This document shows, piece by piece, positions 12,422 to 21,777 of a stretch of 40,836 nt of DNA. This DNA comes from a virus: IMG/VR virus record IMGVR_UViG_3300034138_000059, positions 1 through 40,836 of that record. One strand, given 5' to 3'. A model generated the notes under the pieces. The model worked only from the letters and a program-made list of their open reading frames with translations, was not told the DNA's origin and did not search any database. The position numbers and the translations under genes were made by a program. How positions within the stretch are numbered: position 1 is the stretch's first letter; each line of letters opens with the position of its first letter.

Positions 12422-12808
12422 GTGAGCGCTCCCCGCTTCGTCTCCGGTCGGTGCCGGACGCACGAGTTCGTGACGGCCGACCCCGCCCTCTTCGAGCAGC
12501 ACATGGTCGGCGAGCACGGCAAGAAGTCCCGGACGGCGTCGGCCGGACGGGCGACCACCTGGCGCACCCCGAACCGCGTGCCGGAGGCGAAGGCCCAGGC
12601 CGCGGCCGGCATGGTCACGGTGGCCGGGCTCGTCGACGGCGAGCTGCTCGCCCAGGTCGTCGGCCCCGCGGCGTGGCCGCGCACCTCCTGGGTCATCCCG
12701 GCCACGCCGACCGGCCGCGAGTTCCAGGGCTGCCTCCTGGTCCGCACCGAGGGCGACCGCCTGGTCGAGGTCAACCACGACCACCTCGTGAATCGACGGG
12801 CCGCCTGA
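12422..12808 (+). CDS. Hypothetical 128-aa protein
   Basis: Track ORF with GTG start and plausible composition. Its stop overlaps the next start (ATGA-type). Confidence 0.7.
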   Translation: MSAPRFVSGRCRTHEFVTADPALFEQHMVGEHGKKSRTASAGRATTWRTPNRVPEAKAQAAAGMVTVAGLVDGELLAQVVGPAAWPRTSWVIPATPTGREFQGCLLVRTEGDRLVEVNHDHLVNRRAA

Positions 12809-13146
12809 TGCCGCGCCGCCGCTTCTTCCGCGACTCGGCCGACTGGCGCAGTCGGGCCGCCTGCTTCCACGACGGCGACCCGGAGGCCTTCTTCCCCTTC
12901 GGCGACGACCACAAGGACGAGCCGTCGCCCCGGACCCAGGCCCTCCTCGACGAGGCGAAGGCCTTCTGCCAGACCTCCGGCCCCGGGGGGACCGCGTGCC
13001 CCGTCATCGCCGCCTGCCTGGAGGACGTCCTGTCCTCCGAGGGCTCGAACACCTTCGGCGTCCGCGGCGGGACCGACCCGGCCGAGCGTCGGCGCATCCT
13101 CCGTCGCCGCCGCGACTCGGCCCGCGCCCTTCAGGTCGCGTCGTGA
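12808..13146 (+). CDS. WhiB-like transcriptional regulator with atypical Cys spacing (112 aa)
   Basis: Four Cys (AAC19F, FC54Q, TAC64P, AAC70L). GVRGG turn in place of GVWGG. Arg-rich C-terminus. Cys spacing is C-x9-C-x5-C instead of the usual C-x2-C-x5-C. Confidence 0.7.
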   Translation: MPRRRFFRDSADWRSRAACFHDGDPEAFFPFGDDHKDEPSPRTQALLDEAKAFCQTSGPGGTACPVIAACLEDVLSSEGSNTFGVRGGTDPAERRRILRRRRDSARALQVAS

Positions 13147-14897
13147 GCGGCCTCCTGAAGCTCCGCGACTACCAGACCGAGACGATCGCCGCCCTCCAGG
13201 ACTCCTGGGACCGCGGGGTCCGACGGCCGGCCGCGGTGCTCCCCACCGGGGCCGGGAAGACCGTGGTCTTCGCGCACCTGTCGAAGGAGTTCACGGCCAC
13301 CTACGCCGCGAAGCGCGTGCTCGTGCTGGCCCACACGGACGAGCTGGTCACCCAGGCCGCGAGCAAGATCCGCGCCGTGGCCCCGCACCTGTCGGTCGGC
13401 ATCGTCAAGGCCGAGCGGAACGAGGTCAACCGCACGATCGTGGTCGCCTCGGTGCAGTCCCTGCGCTCGAAGGCCCGGCTCGACCAGCTCCGGAACATCG
13501 GGCTCGTCATCGTCGACGAGTGCCACCACGCGACGGCCCCGACCTACCGGCGCATCCTGGAGCACTTCGGCGCCCTCGGGGAGACCGAGGTCGACTCCGA
13601 GACCCTGGTCGCCGGCTTCACGGCGACGCTCGCCCGCGGCGACCGGGCCTCGCTCGCGGACGTGTGGCAGGAGGTCGCCTACCGGCGCGACATCGCCTTC
13701 ATGATCCGCAAGCGCTACCTCGTGAACGTCCGCGGCAAGCGCGTCCAGGTCGACGACCTCGCGCTCGACAAGGTGAAGAAGACCGGCGGCGACTTCGCGA
13801 TCGGCGACCTCGGCGACAAGCTCGAAGCCTCCCTCGCACCCGAGGTCATCGCGAAGGCCTACGTCGAGCACGCGGCCACCCGGTCCGGCATCCTCTTCGC
13901 CCCCACGGTGAGCGCGGCCGGCGCCTTCGCAGACGCCCTGAACGACGAGGGGATCAAGACCGAGGTCGTCCACGGCGAGCTTCCCCCGGGCGAGCGGCGC
14001 GAGATCCTCGGCCGCCTCCACGACGGGACGACCCAGGTCATCGCCAACTGCATGGTCCTGACCGAGGGCTTCGACTCCCCGCGGGTCTCGTGCGTCGTCG
14101 TGGCCCGCCCGACGAAGTCGGCGCCCCTGTATCAGCAGATGGTCGGCCGGGGCCTGCGGGTCGACCCCGAGTTCCCCTACGAAGACCAGGACTGCCTGAT
14201 CCTCGACGTCGTCGGGGCGAGCGCGACGCACGGCCTCGCGAGCCTGATCGACCTGTCCGAGAAGCCGATCGAGCTGAAGGACGGCCAGACCCTCACCGAC
14301 GCCGAGGACGAGTTCGACGAGCGGGACGGCCTCGACGCCCCGGTCTGGATCAAGCCGATCCACAACGGCCCCGTCCTGGTGAAGGACTTCGACCCGATCG
14401 TCGCGGCGAGCGCGAAGGTCTGGAATCGCTCGCGGGCCGGCATCTACTTCCTGTCGACCGGCACCCGCGACGACTCGGCCTTCGTCTTCCTGATCCCGGC
14501 CGTCGACCCCGAGGCGCCGGTCGGCACCTTCGACGTCGCCTGGGCCACGAAGAAGCGCGGCGTGCCGTTCTACGCCCCCGGCCGGCCCGAGCACCGGCAG
14601 TCCGGCGGCATCACCGAGCACACCTCCCTCTCGCTGGAGATGGCCCGGTCCTGGGGTGAAGACCTCGCCGACGACCTGGGCGGGGCCGAGGGCGCGATGA
14701 CCCTCGACAAGCAGCGGGCCTGGCGCAAGCAGAAGCCGTCCGAGCCCCAGCTCCGGTTCGCCCGCGGCCTCGGGATCGAGATCCCCGAGGGGGCCTCGAA
14801 GGGCGACCTCTCCTTCCTGATCGAGGGGCACCAGGCGTCGCACCGGATCGACGAGATCGCCAGCTACTTCGACACGCAGAGAGGACACGCGGCATGA
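13143..14897 (+). CDS. Superfamily-2 DEAD/DEAH-box DNA helicase (584 aa)
   Basis: Walker A LPTGAGKT, Walker B VIVDECHHA, FTATLARGD, and helicase C-terminal motifs (TEGFDSP, QQMVGRGLR). The GTG at 13143 overlaps the WhiB-like stop (GTGA). Confidence 0.9.
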   Translation: MSGLLKLRDYQTETIAALQDSWDRGVRRPAAVLPTGAGKTVVFAHLSKEFTATYAAKRVLVLAHTDELVTQAASKIRAVAPHLSVGIVKAERNEVNRTIVVASVQSLRSKARLDQLRNIGLVIVDECHHATAPTYRRILEHFGALGETEVDSETLVAGFTATLARGDRASLADVWQEVAYRRDIAFMIRKRYLVNVRGKRVQVDDLALDKVKKTGGDFAIGDLGDKLEASLAPEVIAKAYVEHAATRSGILFAPTVSAAGAFADALNDEGIKTEVVHGELPPGERREILGRLHDGTTQVIANCMVLTEGFDSPRVSCVVVARPTKSAPLYQQMVGRGLRVDPEFPYEDQDCLILDVVGASATHGLASLIDLSEKPIELKDGQTLTDAEDEFDERDGLDAPVWIKPIHNGPVLVKDFDPIVAASAKVWNRSRAGIYFLSTGTRDDSAFVFLIPAVDPEAPVGTFDVAWATKKRGVPFYAPGRPEHRQSGGITEHTSLSLEMARSWGEDLADDLGGAEGAMTLDKQRAWRKQKPSEPQLRFARGLGIEIPEGASKGDLSFLIEGHQASHRIDEIASYFDTQRGHAA

Positions 14898-16048
14898 GCC
14901 CCCAGACCGACCCGCTCGCCGGCATCTCGCCGGCACTCCGGCCCCTGTACCAACAGGAGGTCGACAAGGGGAAGATCGGCCAGGACGAGCACGGCACCTG
15001 GCGCTGGTACTGGACGACGCCCGAGGGCGACAAGATCCTGACCTCCGGCGTCGTGGTGGACCCGTTCACGGGCAAGCTCGCCCGGTACAAGCGCGTGACC
15101 AGCTTCAACAAGGTCGTCCACGACCGGGCCGCGCTCGACGCCTGGACGCTGCGCGAGATCGTCGCCTCGGTGGTGAAGCACCCCGACCTGATCGCCGAGG
15201 CCCGGGTCGCGGCCGGTGCCGACGACGACCAGGAGCGGAAGAAGAAGCTCAACAAGGTGCTGAAGAAGGTCCGCGAGCGCTCGAACATGGGCGCCGCGGC
15301 CACCCTCGGCTCGGCGATCCACGCGGCCACCGACGCCGCCCGCCAGGGCAAGTCGATCCCGGATCTCGGGGAGTTCGCCCCCGACGTCGAGGCCTACCTG
15401 AAGGCGATCAGGCCCTTCATGATCGTCGACTCCGAGCAATTCGGCGTGAGCGACCAGTACCGGATCTGCGGGTCCTGGGACTGCACCTTCGGCATCCGCG
15501 GCTCGGGTCGACCGGCGTTCCGGGTCGACACGAAGACCGGCCGGATCGACCTGAACTACCTCGACGAGGTCGCCCAGCAGCTCGGCAGCTACGCCGTGAT
15601 GCAGCCGTACGACCAGCGCACCGGGGAGCGTGGCGACTCGGGCGAGCTGGACATGACCCGCGCCCTGGTCGTCAAGGTCTGGCCCGGCCAGGCGAAGACC
15701 GACCTCATCTGGGTGCCCCTGGAGAAGGCCATGCGGACCCTGCTCCCCCTGTCCCAGCGGATCTTCGACGCTCGCCAGGGGCAGACGCACGGGTACATGT
15801 TCGACCTGTCGCAGGAGGTCGGCGCCGTCGGCGTCATCGACCACGCGGACCCGATCGAGCAGGCGATTTCCTCGCTCGCGGGTGACCCCGAGCAGGTCAA
15901 GGCCGGGCTCCTCGCCATCTGGCAGGCCAACCAGGCCACCTGGGGCACCAGGGCCGAGCACTACAAGGCCCTCGGGGACCAGCGCCTCGCGGACGCCGCC
16001 CGGGACGTCGTCGTCCAGGCCGGCCTCGCCGCCCCCGCGGCGGCATAG
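14894..16048 (+). CDS. PD-(D/E)XK exonuclease, RecB/Cas4-like (384 aa)
   Basis: GSAIHAA, FRVDTKTGR (D-x-K) and QQLGSYAV (Q-x3-Y) motifs. ATGA overlap with the helicase gene. Confidence 0.7.
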   Translation: MSPQTDPLAGISPALRPLYQQEVDKGKIGQDEHGTWRWYWTTPEGDKILTSGVVVDPFTGKLARYKRVTSFNKVVHDRAALDAWTLREIVASVVKHPDLIAEARVAAGADDDQERKKKLNKVLKKVRERSNMGAAATLGSAIHAATDAARQGKSIPDLGEFAPDVEAYLKAIRPFMIVDSEQFGVSDQYRICGSWDCTFGIRGSGRPAFRVDTKTGRIDLNYLDEVAQQLGSYAVMQPYDQRTGERGDSGELDMTRALVVKVWPGQAKTDLIWVPLEKAMRTLLPLSQRIFDARQGQTHGYMFDLSQEVGAVGVIDHADPIEQAISSLAGDPEQVKAGLLAIWQANQATWGTRAEHYKALGDQRLADAARDVVVQAGLAAPAAA

Positions 16049-16052
16049 GACC

Positions 16053-16077
16053 CCCAGCCGGGACGGCCCCGGCTGGG
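16053..16077 (+). terminator. Hairpin after the exonuclease gene
   Basis: CCCAGCCGGG (16053-16062), 5-nt loop, CCCGGCTGGG (16068-16077). Confidence 0.5.
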
Positions 16078-16130
16078 AGCACCACCCATCAGAGCACGAT
16101 CCAGACAGAGCAGAGAGCAGGGAACAGATC

Positions 16131-16643
16131 ATGGGTTTCTGGGACGACAACAAGGACGCGATCCCCGGTGCGGGCGGCAACTTCATCAAGTTCGACGCGC
16201 CGGGCGTCGAGTGTTCGGGCCGGGTCATCGGGATGAGCACCCACACCTGGGCGCCGAAGGCCAACCCGCGTACCGGCGTCATGGAGGAGAAGGTGTCGCC
16301 GGTCATCCTCTTCAAGGACGCCCAGGGCGCGGACAAGTCCGTCACCCTCTCGACGCACGCGGCCCGGCTCGCCTTCGAGCAGCGGCTGGACGTCGGCGAC
16401 GACTTCCACCTGCGGTTCACGCACCAGGAGGGCAACACGAAGAAGTTCGTCCTCCAGGTCCGCAAGAACGCCGCGTCGCCGACCGCCATGCCGCCGGGCC
16501 AGGGCGGCCACATCGGGCAGGACGCGAACGGCGCCCCCCAGATCCAGGCCATCCCGGCCGCCGCGCCGGCCGCGAGCCCGTGGGGACCGGCCCAGCCGGC
16601 CCAGCCGCTCGCGCCCACCGGGACCGGCGGCGCCCCCTGGTGA
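16131..16643 (+). CDS. Hypothetical 170-aa protein with Pro/Ala/Gly-rich tail
   Basis: C-terminal part of track ORF 15882..16643. ATG at 16131 follows a purine-rich leader. Confidence 0.7.
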   Translation: MGFWDDNKDAIPGAGGNFIKFDAPGVECSGRVIGMSTHTWAPKANPRTGVMEEKVSPVILFKDAQGADKSVTLSTHAARLAFEQRLDVGDDFHLRFTHQEGNTKKFVLQVRKNAASPTAMPPGQGGHIGQDANGAPQIQAIPAAAPAASPWGPAQPAQPLAPTGTGGAPW

Positions 16644-16760
16644 TCAGGCCCCCGGCCTGACGGCTGGGTCTCGTCCCGGTGGTGGGAAGCCACCGGGGCG
16701 GGGCCGAGCTGGACTCGACCTCACCCGCACCGAACCCCCCTTCAAGAGGCCGGAGACACG

Positions 16761-18983
16761 GTGACCATGAACGACCAGCGGCACGACGAGGGCGACGTCG
16801 GTCCCTTCGCGCGGGCCGCCCTCCACTACCGCCGGGCGGGCTGGCTGGGGACCATCCCGCTCCCGGCGGGCAAGAAGGTCCCCCCGCCCGAGGGCTGGAC
16901 GGGCTGGAAGGCCGGCGAGCGCTACCCGAGCGCGGCCGACGTGCAGACCTGGCTCGACGAGGGCGCAGGCGCCGGGAACATCGGCCTGCGGATGCCGGCG
17001 AACGTGGTCGGCCTCGACGTCGACGACTACGTGAAGGGCGAGGTCACGAAGACCGGCCTCGCCGCGGTCGCCGAGCTGGAGGCCCGGTGGGGCCAGCTCC
17101 CCCCGACGTGGCGCTCGACGAGCAGGGCCGACGGCCGGTCGGGCATCCGGCTCTACCGGGTGCCGGCTGGCCTGCGCTGGCCGACCCAGGCCGCGCCCTC
17201 CATCGAGATGATCCACTCGGGGCACCGCTACGCCGTGGCCGCGCCCTCGATCCACCCGGACACCCGGGTCGCCTACACGTGGATCGGTCCGGACGGCACG
17301 ACCGGGGTCGACGTGCCGAACGTCGACGACCTGCCGCTCCTGCCGACGACCTGGGTCGACGGCCTGAAGAAGGACGGCGCGGCCGGGGCCTACGAGTCGA
17401 CCGGCGTCGAGCTGGACGGGTACATCGAGTCGCTCCGCGAGGGCCGGGGCGAGCCGTGCCGCTTCGTCGTCGAGCAGCTCGACGGGCTCCGCGAGGCCGT
17501 CGAGGGCAAGTCCGGCGAAGGCCGGCACGACGCCGTCAACGAGCGCGTGATGGCGATCGTGCGGGCCGGGCAGATGGGGCACGCCGGGGTCGAGCGCGTG
17601 CTGCGCGAGGGGTACCGGCTCTGGATCGAGGGCATGACCCCGGTCCGGGGCGTGGCCGGCGCCCAGTCCGAGTGGGACCGCTCGGTCGACGGGGCGATCG
17701 ACAAGGTCGGCCCCCGGCCGTCGAGCGCGCGGTGCTTGTGCCGCACCGAGGCCGAGCAGGCCGACCAGGAGGCCTACTTCGAGGGCCTGGCGGCCAAGAC
17801 CACCGAGGCGGCGATCCAGACCGTCCAGGACGCCCTCGCGGCCGGCGAGCCCGTGCCCACCACCGGGGACTACATGCTCGACGAAGCGATCCGGCGCCAG
17901 CGAGTGCAGCGGACCGCGCGCCGGATCGTCGACGCCGAGGAGGCCGAGGCCGAGCTGGCCCGCGCCGACTTCGGCTCGGAGTTCCTGACCCGCGCCCAGC
18001 TCGCCAGCCTGCCCAAGCCCCTGCCCCTGATCCACGGCGTGCTCGCCCGGACCTCGACCATCCTCCTGCGGGGCCGCGACGCCAGCTTCAAGTCCTTCGT
18101 CGCGATCGACTGGGCGCTCTGCATCGCCACCGGCACGCCGTGGCTCCACCGGGACACCGAGCAGGGCCGGGTGCTCTACGTCATGGGCGAGGGCGCGCCG
18201 GGGCTCAACGACCGCGTGAGCGCCTGGGAGGAGGCCCGCGGGCTCCAGGTGCCCGACGACGCCTTCGTCGTCCGGGCGAGCCCCGTGAACCTCTTCAAGG
18301 GGGGCGGGGCCTACCTCGACCTCCTGCGGCGCGTCCAGGACGGGGGCTTCTCCCTGATCGTCCTCGACACGCTCCGCAAGGTCTCCGGGGGCGCGGACGG
18401 CAACGGGTCGGACATGGGCGTCGTGGTCGACCGGATCGAGGAGCTTCGTCGGGCCACGGTGGACGGCGGCAACGGGGCCATCCTCACGATCGCCCACACG
18501 GCGAAGGACGACGTCGACACCCGCGGGTACTCCGGCATCGAGGACGACCAGGACATCATCTGGCACTGCATCCGAAAGGAGGAGGGCTCGCCGCACTTCG
18601 CCCTCCGGAACTCGAAGCAGAAGAACGACCGCGAGACCGACGAGATGCAGCTCTCCACCCGGGCCGTGGGGCCGTCCCTGGTCGTCGAGTCCCTGGCGGC
18701 CGGCTCCCGGGTGGTCGAGGACCAGGGCAACGCCGCCCGTCGGGTCTGGCAGGTACTGGTCGGGTGCGACCAGACCGGGATCACCCAGAAGGCCATGACC
18801 GACGACTTCAAGATCCCGAAGACCACCGCCGTGCGCTACCTGAACCGCTGGGTCACCGAGGGGCGGGTCCGCAAGTCCGGCTCGATCTACTACGCCGACC
18901 GCACCCAGACCCCGGAGTTCGACGACGCCCTGAAGGCCTCCTGGGGGACCGCGGAGAGCGCGCCCGAGGGGTGGGCGTCGTGA
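16761..18983 (+). CDS. Bifunctional primase-polymerase / RecA-like (AAA_25-type) helicase with C-terminal winged-helix-like domain (740 aa)
   Basis: N-terminal prim-pol signature (AALHYRRAGWLGTIPLPAGKKVPPPEGWTG...LDVDD...HRYAVAAPSIHP). Central P-loop-like region (LLRGRDASFKSF...VLYVMGEGAPG...LIVLDTLRK). C-terminal GITQKAMTDDFKIPKTTAVRYLNRWVTEGRV. Start is the GTG at 16761 or the ATG at 16767. Confidence 0.85.
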   Translation: MTMNDQRHDEGDVGPFARAALHYRRAGWLGTIPLPAGKKVPPPEGWTGWKAGERYPSAADVQTWLDEGAGAGNIGLRMPANVVGLDVDDYVKGEVTKTGLAAVAELEARWGQLPPTWRSTSRADGRSGIRLYRVPAGLRWPTQAAPSIEMIHSGHRYAVAAPSIHPDTRVAYTWIGPDGTTGVDVPNVDDLPLLPTTWVDGLKKDGAAGAYESTGVELDGYIESLREGRGEPCRFVVEQLDGLREAVEGKSGEGRHDAVNERVMAIVRAGQMGHAGVERVLREGYRLWIEGMTPVRGVAGAQSEWDRSVDGAIDKVGPRPSSARCLCRTEAEQADQEAYFEGLAAKTTEAAIQTVQDALAAGEPVPTTGDYMLDEAIRRQRVQRTARRIVDAEEAEAELARADFGSEFLTRAQLASLPKPLPLIHGVLARTSTILLRGRDASFKSFVAIDWALCIATGTPWLHRDTEQGRVLYVMGEGAPGLNDRVSAWEEARGLQVPDDAFVVRASPVNLFKGGGAYLDLLRRVQDGGFSLIVLDTLRKVSGGADGNGSDMGVVVDRIEELRRATVDGGNGAILTIAHTAKDDVDTRGYSGIEDDQDIIWHCIRKEEGSPHFALRNSKQKNDRETDEMQLSTRAVGPSLVVESLAAGSRVVEDQGNAARRVWQVLVGCDQTGITQKAMTDDFKIPKTTAVRYLNRWVTEGRVRKSGSIYYADRTQTPEFDDALKASWGTAESAPEGWAS

Positions 18984-19039
18984 CCACCTGGACCCCGACA
19001 CGCCCGGGTGCAGAAATCGAAGACACGCCGCATTTTCCA

Positions 19040-19295
19040 GGTACCACCCCCCCTGGTACCTGGCCTGTTGATCATGCCCTGGTACCTGTTGTGGCACCTG
19101 CTCTGACCTGCGCGTCTCTCTATGTGAGACGGGCTTGGTACCTGGGTGGTACTTCGGTTGCCGATGTTGTGGCACCTGCTCTGACCTGCACTTGGTACCT
19201 CTGGTACCTGGGTGGTACTTCGCCTGGCACCTCCCTCCACCCCCCGGTCCTTTAGGACCGGGGGGGTGGTACCTGGGACCTGGGACCTGGAACCC
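19040..19295. repeat. Iteron-like repeat array (putative replication origin)
   Basis: GGTACC at 19040, 19055, 19081, 19137, 19194, 19203 and 19268. GGTACT at 19148 and 19214. 24-bp direct repeat at 19088-19111 and 19166-19189. 21-bp direct repeat at 19136-19156 and 19202-19222. Hairpin at 19237-19269. 7-bp tandem ACCTGGG at 19271-19293. Confidence 0.8.
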
Positions 19296-19325
19296 CTATC
19301 GAACGTCGACGAGAGGAGCCCGAAG

Positions 19326-19799
19326 ATGACCGACAGCCGCGCACCCAACCCGACCGGCACGCCTGCCCGGCCGGCGACCGACCAGGAGATGTCGAAGGGC
19401 GCCCTCGCCCTCCGCGCCTCGGCCCTGAAGGCCGGCTGGCGCGCTCGGGCCGACTACGCCCAGGGCTGGGCCACCGTGACGACGATGGTCGAGGACCGCG
19501 GCGCCGAGCTGACCCCGACCGGCCGGGTCGCCCGGAAGAAGGTCACCGAGGACGCCCTGGTCGATTCCGTCGTCCTGCGGCTGGAGCACCCTCTCGGCGC
19601 GAGCGCGGTCGTCGCCTACGAGGACGGCAAACCCGTCGACGCCTGGGTCTGGGCGACCGGCCTCGCCGCCGGGGTCGCCCGATCGAGCGTGACGGCCATC
19701 TCGACCCTCGTGAAGGGCACCGGCCCGGAGGTCACCGACGCCGAGGTCGCCGACCTCGACGAGTACGACCTGGACCCCGACCTGGAGAGTGCGGCGTGA
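19326..19799 (+). CDS. Hypothetical 157-aa protein
   Basis: C-terminal part of track ORF 19212..19799. ATG at 19326 with a GAGAGGAG RBS. The upstream part overlaps the repeat array and is rejected. Confidence 0.75.
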   Translation: MTDSRAPNPTGTPARPATDQEMSKGALALRASALKAGWRARADYAQGWATVTTMVEDRGAELTPTGRVARKKVTEDALVDSVVLRLEHPLGASAVVAYEDGKPVDAWVWATGLAAGVARSSVTAISTLVKGTGPEVTDAEVADLDEYDLDPDLESAA

Positions 19800-20338
19800 A
19801 GATCATCGGCATCGACCCGAGCCTGACGGCCCCCGGCTTCGCCGGCATCGTGAACGGGCGCGTGGTGGGCACCGAGACCTACGTGCCCTCGAAGATCAAG
19901 GGCCGCGTGACCGAGCAGGCCCGCCACCGTCGCCTCGCCGAGATCCTCGTCGTCGCTCGGGACTGGGCCACCGGGGCCGACCTCGTCGTGATCGAGGGCC
20001 TGGCCTACGACGGGCACGACACGATGCGCCAGCTCGCCGGTCTGCACTGGCTCCTGCGGCACTCGCTCTGGAGCGGCGACCGCACGGTGGCCCTGGTGAC
20101 GCCGAGCAGCCTGAAGGCCTTCGCCACCGGCCGCGGCGGGGCCGACAAGGACGACATGTTGGCCCTGGCCCGCCAGAGCTTCCCCGGGGTCGAGATCGGC
20201 GACCACAACGCCGCGGACGCCCTCTGGCTCGCCGAGACAGGAGCCGCGCACCTGGGATGTCCCGTCCTGGACACGTCAGCCGAACGGGTGACCCACATCC
20301 AGGGCGTTACGTGGCCGAAATCGGACCTTGCAGCATAG
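19796..20338 (+). CDS. RuvC-like Holliday junction resolvase (180 aa)
   Basis: IIGIDPS (catalytic Asp), VVIEGLAY (Glu) and GDHNAADALWLA (Asp/His) motifs in RuvC order. GTGA overlap with the upstream gene. Confidence 0.8.
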   Translation: MKIIGIDPSLTAPGFAGIVNGRVVGTETYVPSKIKGRVTEQARHRRLAEILVVARDWATGADLVVIEGLAYDGHDTMRQLAGLHWLLRHSLWSGDRTVALVTPSSLKAFATGRGGADKDDMLALARQSFPGVEIGDHNAADALWLAETGAAHLGCPVLDTSAERVTHIQGVTWPKSDLAA

Positions 20339-20378
20339 GGTGCGTCCCAGAACGGACTCGCACGACCGAGAGGGTGAC

Positions 20379-21188
20379 GTGATCAAGATCGTCCGCATGT
20401 GCGACTCCTGCAAGCTGCCGAACGCCGTGGATCACGCCCTGATCTGCCTCGCCTGCACCGAGCTGCTTCGCAAGCTCCTCGTGAGCGTCCCCGATGCCCT
20501 GGGCGAGCTGGACACGTCGCTGACGCGCCAGACCCGGATCGGGGCCGACTCGGGCGGCCGGCGGGGCTCAGAGCGTCCTCTGCCGTACGACGTTGCCGCC
20601 TCAGAGGCCGCGGACGTCCTCCTGGCCCAGACGGTCACCCGGTGGGCGCTGGACGTCTGGCGGGGCACTGAGAGCCCCCTGAAGAGCAATCCGCCGGACA
20701 GCCCGGTGGACTACCTCCTGGGCCGCCTCGACGTGATCCGCTTCCGCGGGTACGCCGCGGCGATGCTCGACGAGGTCCAGCTCGCGCTCGACAACGCCTG
20801 GGCGACCGTGGACATCGCCGCGGACTACCTCGAAGCCGGCCTGTGCGACTGCGGTACGCGGCTCGTCGCTCGGCCCGACCAGCCCCTCGTCGAGTGCCGC
20901 TCCTGCGCCCGCTCCTACGACGTGCTGAGCCGGCGGGCCGAGATGGTGCGCTCGGCCGAGAACCGCCTGCTCCAGGCGAAGGAGGTCGAGCGCCTGGTGG
21001 ACGTCTTCCTCCGGATCGGCGAGAACGACCGCATCAGGAAGCGCATCCCGGCCGGCTCGGTCCGAGGATGGGCATCGAAGGGCGACATCGAGATCCAGGG
21101 CTTCGCCGCCGACGGCCGGAGCCCCGTCTACCGGGTCGGGGACGTCTTCGACCGGGCGTTCCGCGAGCTGGCGAAGGTGGCGGCCTGA
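20379..21188 (+). CDS. Hypothetical 269-aa protein with two Cys clusters (zinc-ribbon-like)
   Basis: CDSC...CLAC near the N-terminus and CDC...CRSC in the middle. GTG at 20379 with a GAGAGGG RBS. Alternative ATG at 20397. Confidence 0.7.
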   Translation: MIKIVRMCDSCKLPNAVDHALICLACTELLRKLLVSVPDALGELDTSLTRQTRIGADSGGRRGSERPLPYDVAASEAADVLLAQTVTRWALDVWRGTESPLKSNPPDSPVDYLLGRLDVIRFRGYAAAMLDEVQLALDNAWATVDIAADYLEAGLCDCGTRLVARPDQPLVECRSCARSYDVLSRRAEMVRSAENRLLQAKEVERLVDVFLRIGENDRIRKRIPAGSVRGWASKGDIEIQGFAADGRSPVYRVGDVFDRAFRELAKVAA

Positions 21189-21409
21189 TGAGCATGTTCG
21201 AGCGTCCCCAGGAGACCTTCGAGGAGATCGTCGTCGAACTCGGCGACTACGACCTCGACCGCGGCTGGGTGCCCGTGCGGCACGCCGCCAGGGGCTCCCG
21301 AGTCGTGGACGGCCTCCTCCTCGGCTCGATGGTCACCCTGACCGGCCTCTGGCTCCTGGGCATCTTCGTCGGCATCCGGGAGGTCGTGACGACGTGGCCG
21401 ATCTGGTAG
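21188..21409 (+). CDS. Hypothetical 73-aa protein with C-terminal TM helix
   Basis: ATGA-type overlap with the upstream stop. LLLGSMVTLTGLWLLGIFVGI helix. Confidence 0.7.
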   Translation: MSMFERPQETFEEIVVELGDYDLDRGWVPVRHAARGSRVVDGLLLGSMVTLTGLWLLGIFVGIREVVTTWPIW

Positions 21410-21684
21410 CGGTCGCCGTGCGGCGCGACGACGTCGTGACGCCCCCTGGAGCCTCCCGGCTCTACCGGCGCCGCCGGGGTCGTGCCCACTTCGTGATCGA
21501 CAGCCTGATCGGTGCCGCGGCCCTCTGCGGGGCGCCGGCGCCCTGGCCGGACGCCTGGCTGGGCACCGGGGACCAGGCCGAGTACGACACCGCGGCGCGG
21601 CGCCGGCTCTGCCGCGGGTGCGCCCAGAAGGCCGTCTGGCGTTGGAGCGCCACACCTGGAACACTCGGATCGTCAGAGTCATGA
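21394..21684 (+). CDS. Hypothetical 96-aa protein
   Basis: Track ORF with GTG start. GC3 is high when read by eye. Contains a C-x2-C motif. Confidence 0.6.
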   Translation: MADLVAVAVRRDDVVTPPGASRLYRRRRGRAHFVIDSLIGAAALCGAPAPWPDAWLGTGDQAEYDTAARRRLCRGCAQKAVWRWSATPGTLGSSES

Positions 21685-21777
21685 AGTGTCGGTAGTTGCC
21701 GGCACCGCTCACGCCTCGACCTGAAGGCCCTCGCTCACGGCGGGGGCCTTCGTCGTTCCTCGGCCAGGGAGGCGGCC

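Noticed and set aside
19135-19329. Track ORFs 19135..19329 and the first 38 codons of 19212..19799, which run through the GGTACC repeat region
   Set aside because: Their apparent coding potential is produced by the repeats themselves (WYL/GTS repeats). A good RBS and ATG at 19326 start the real gene.
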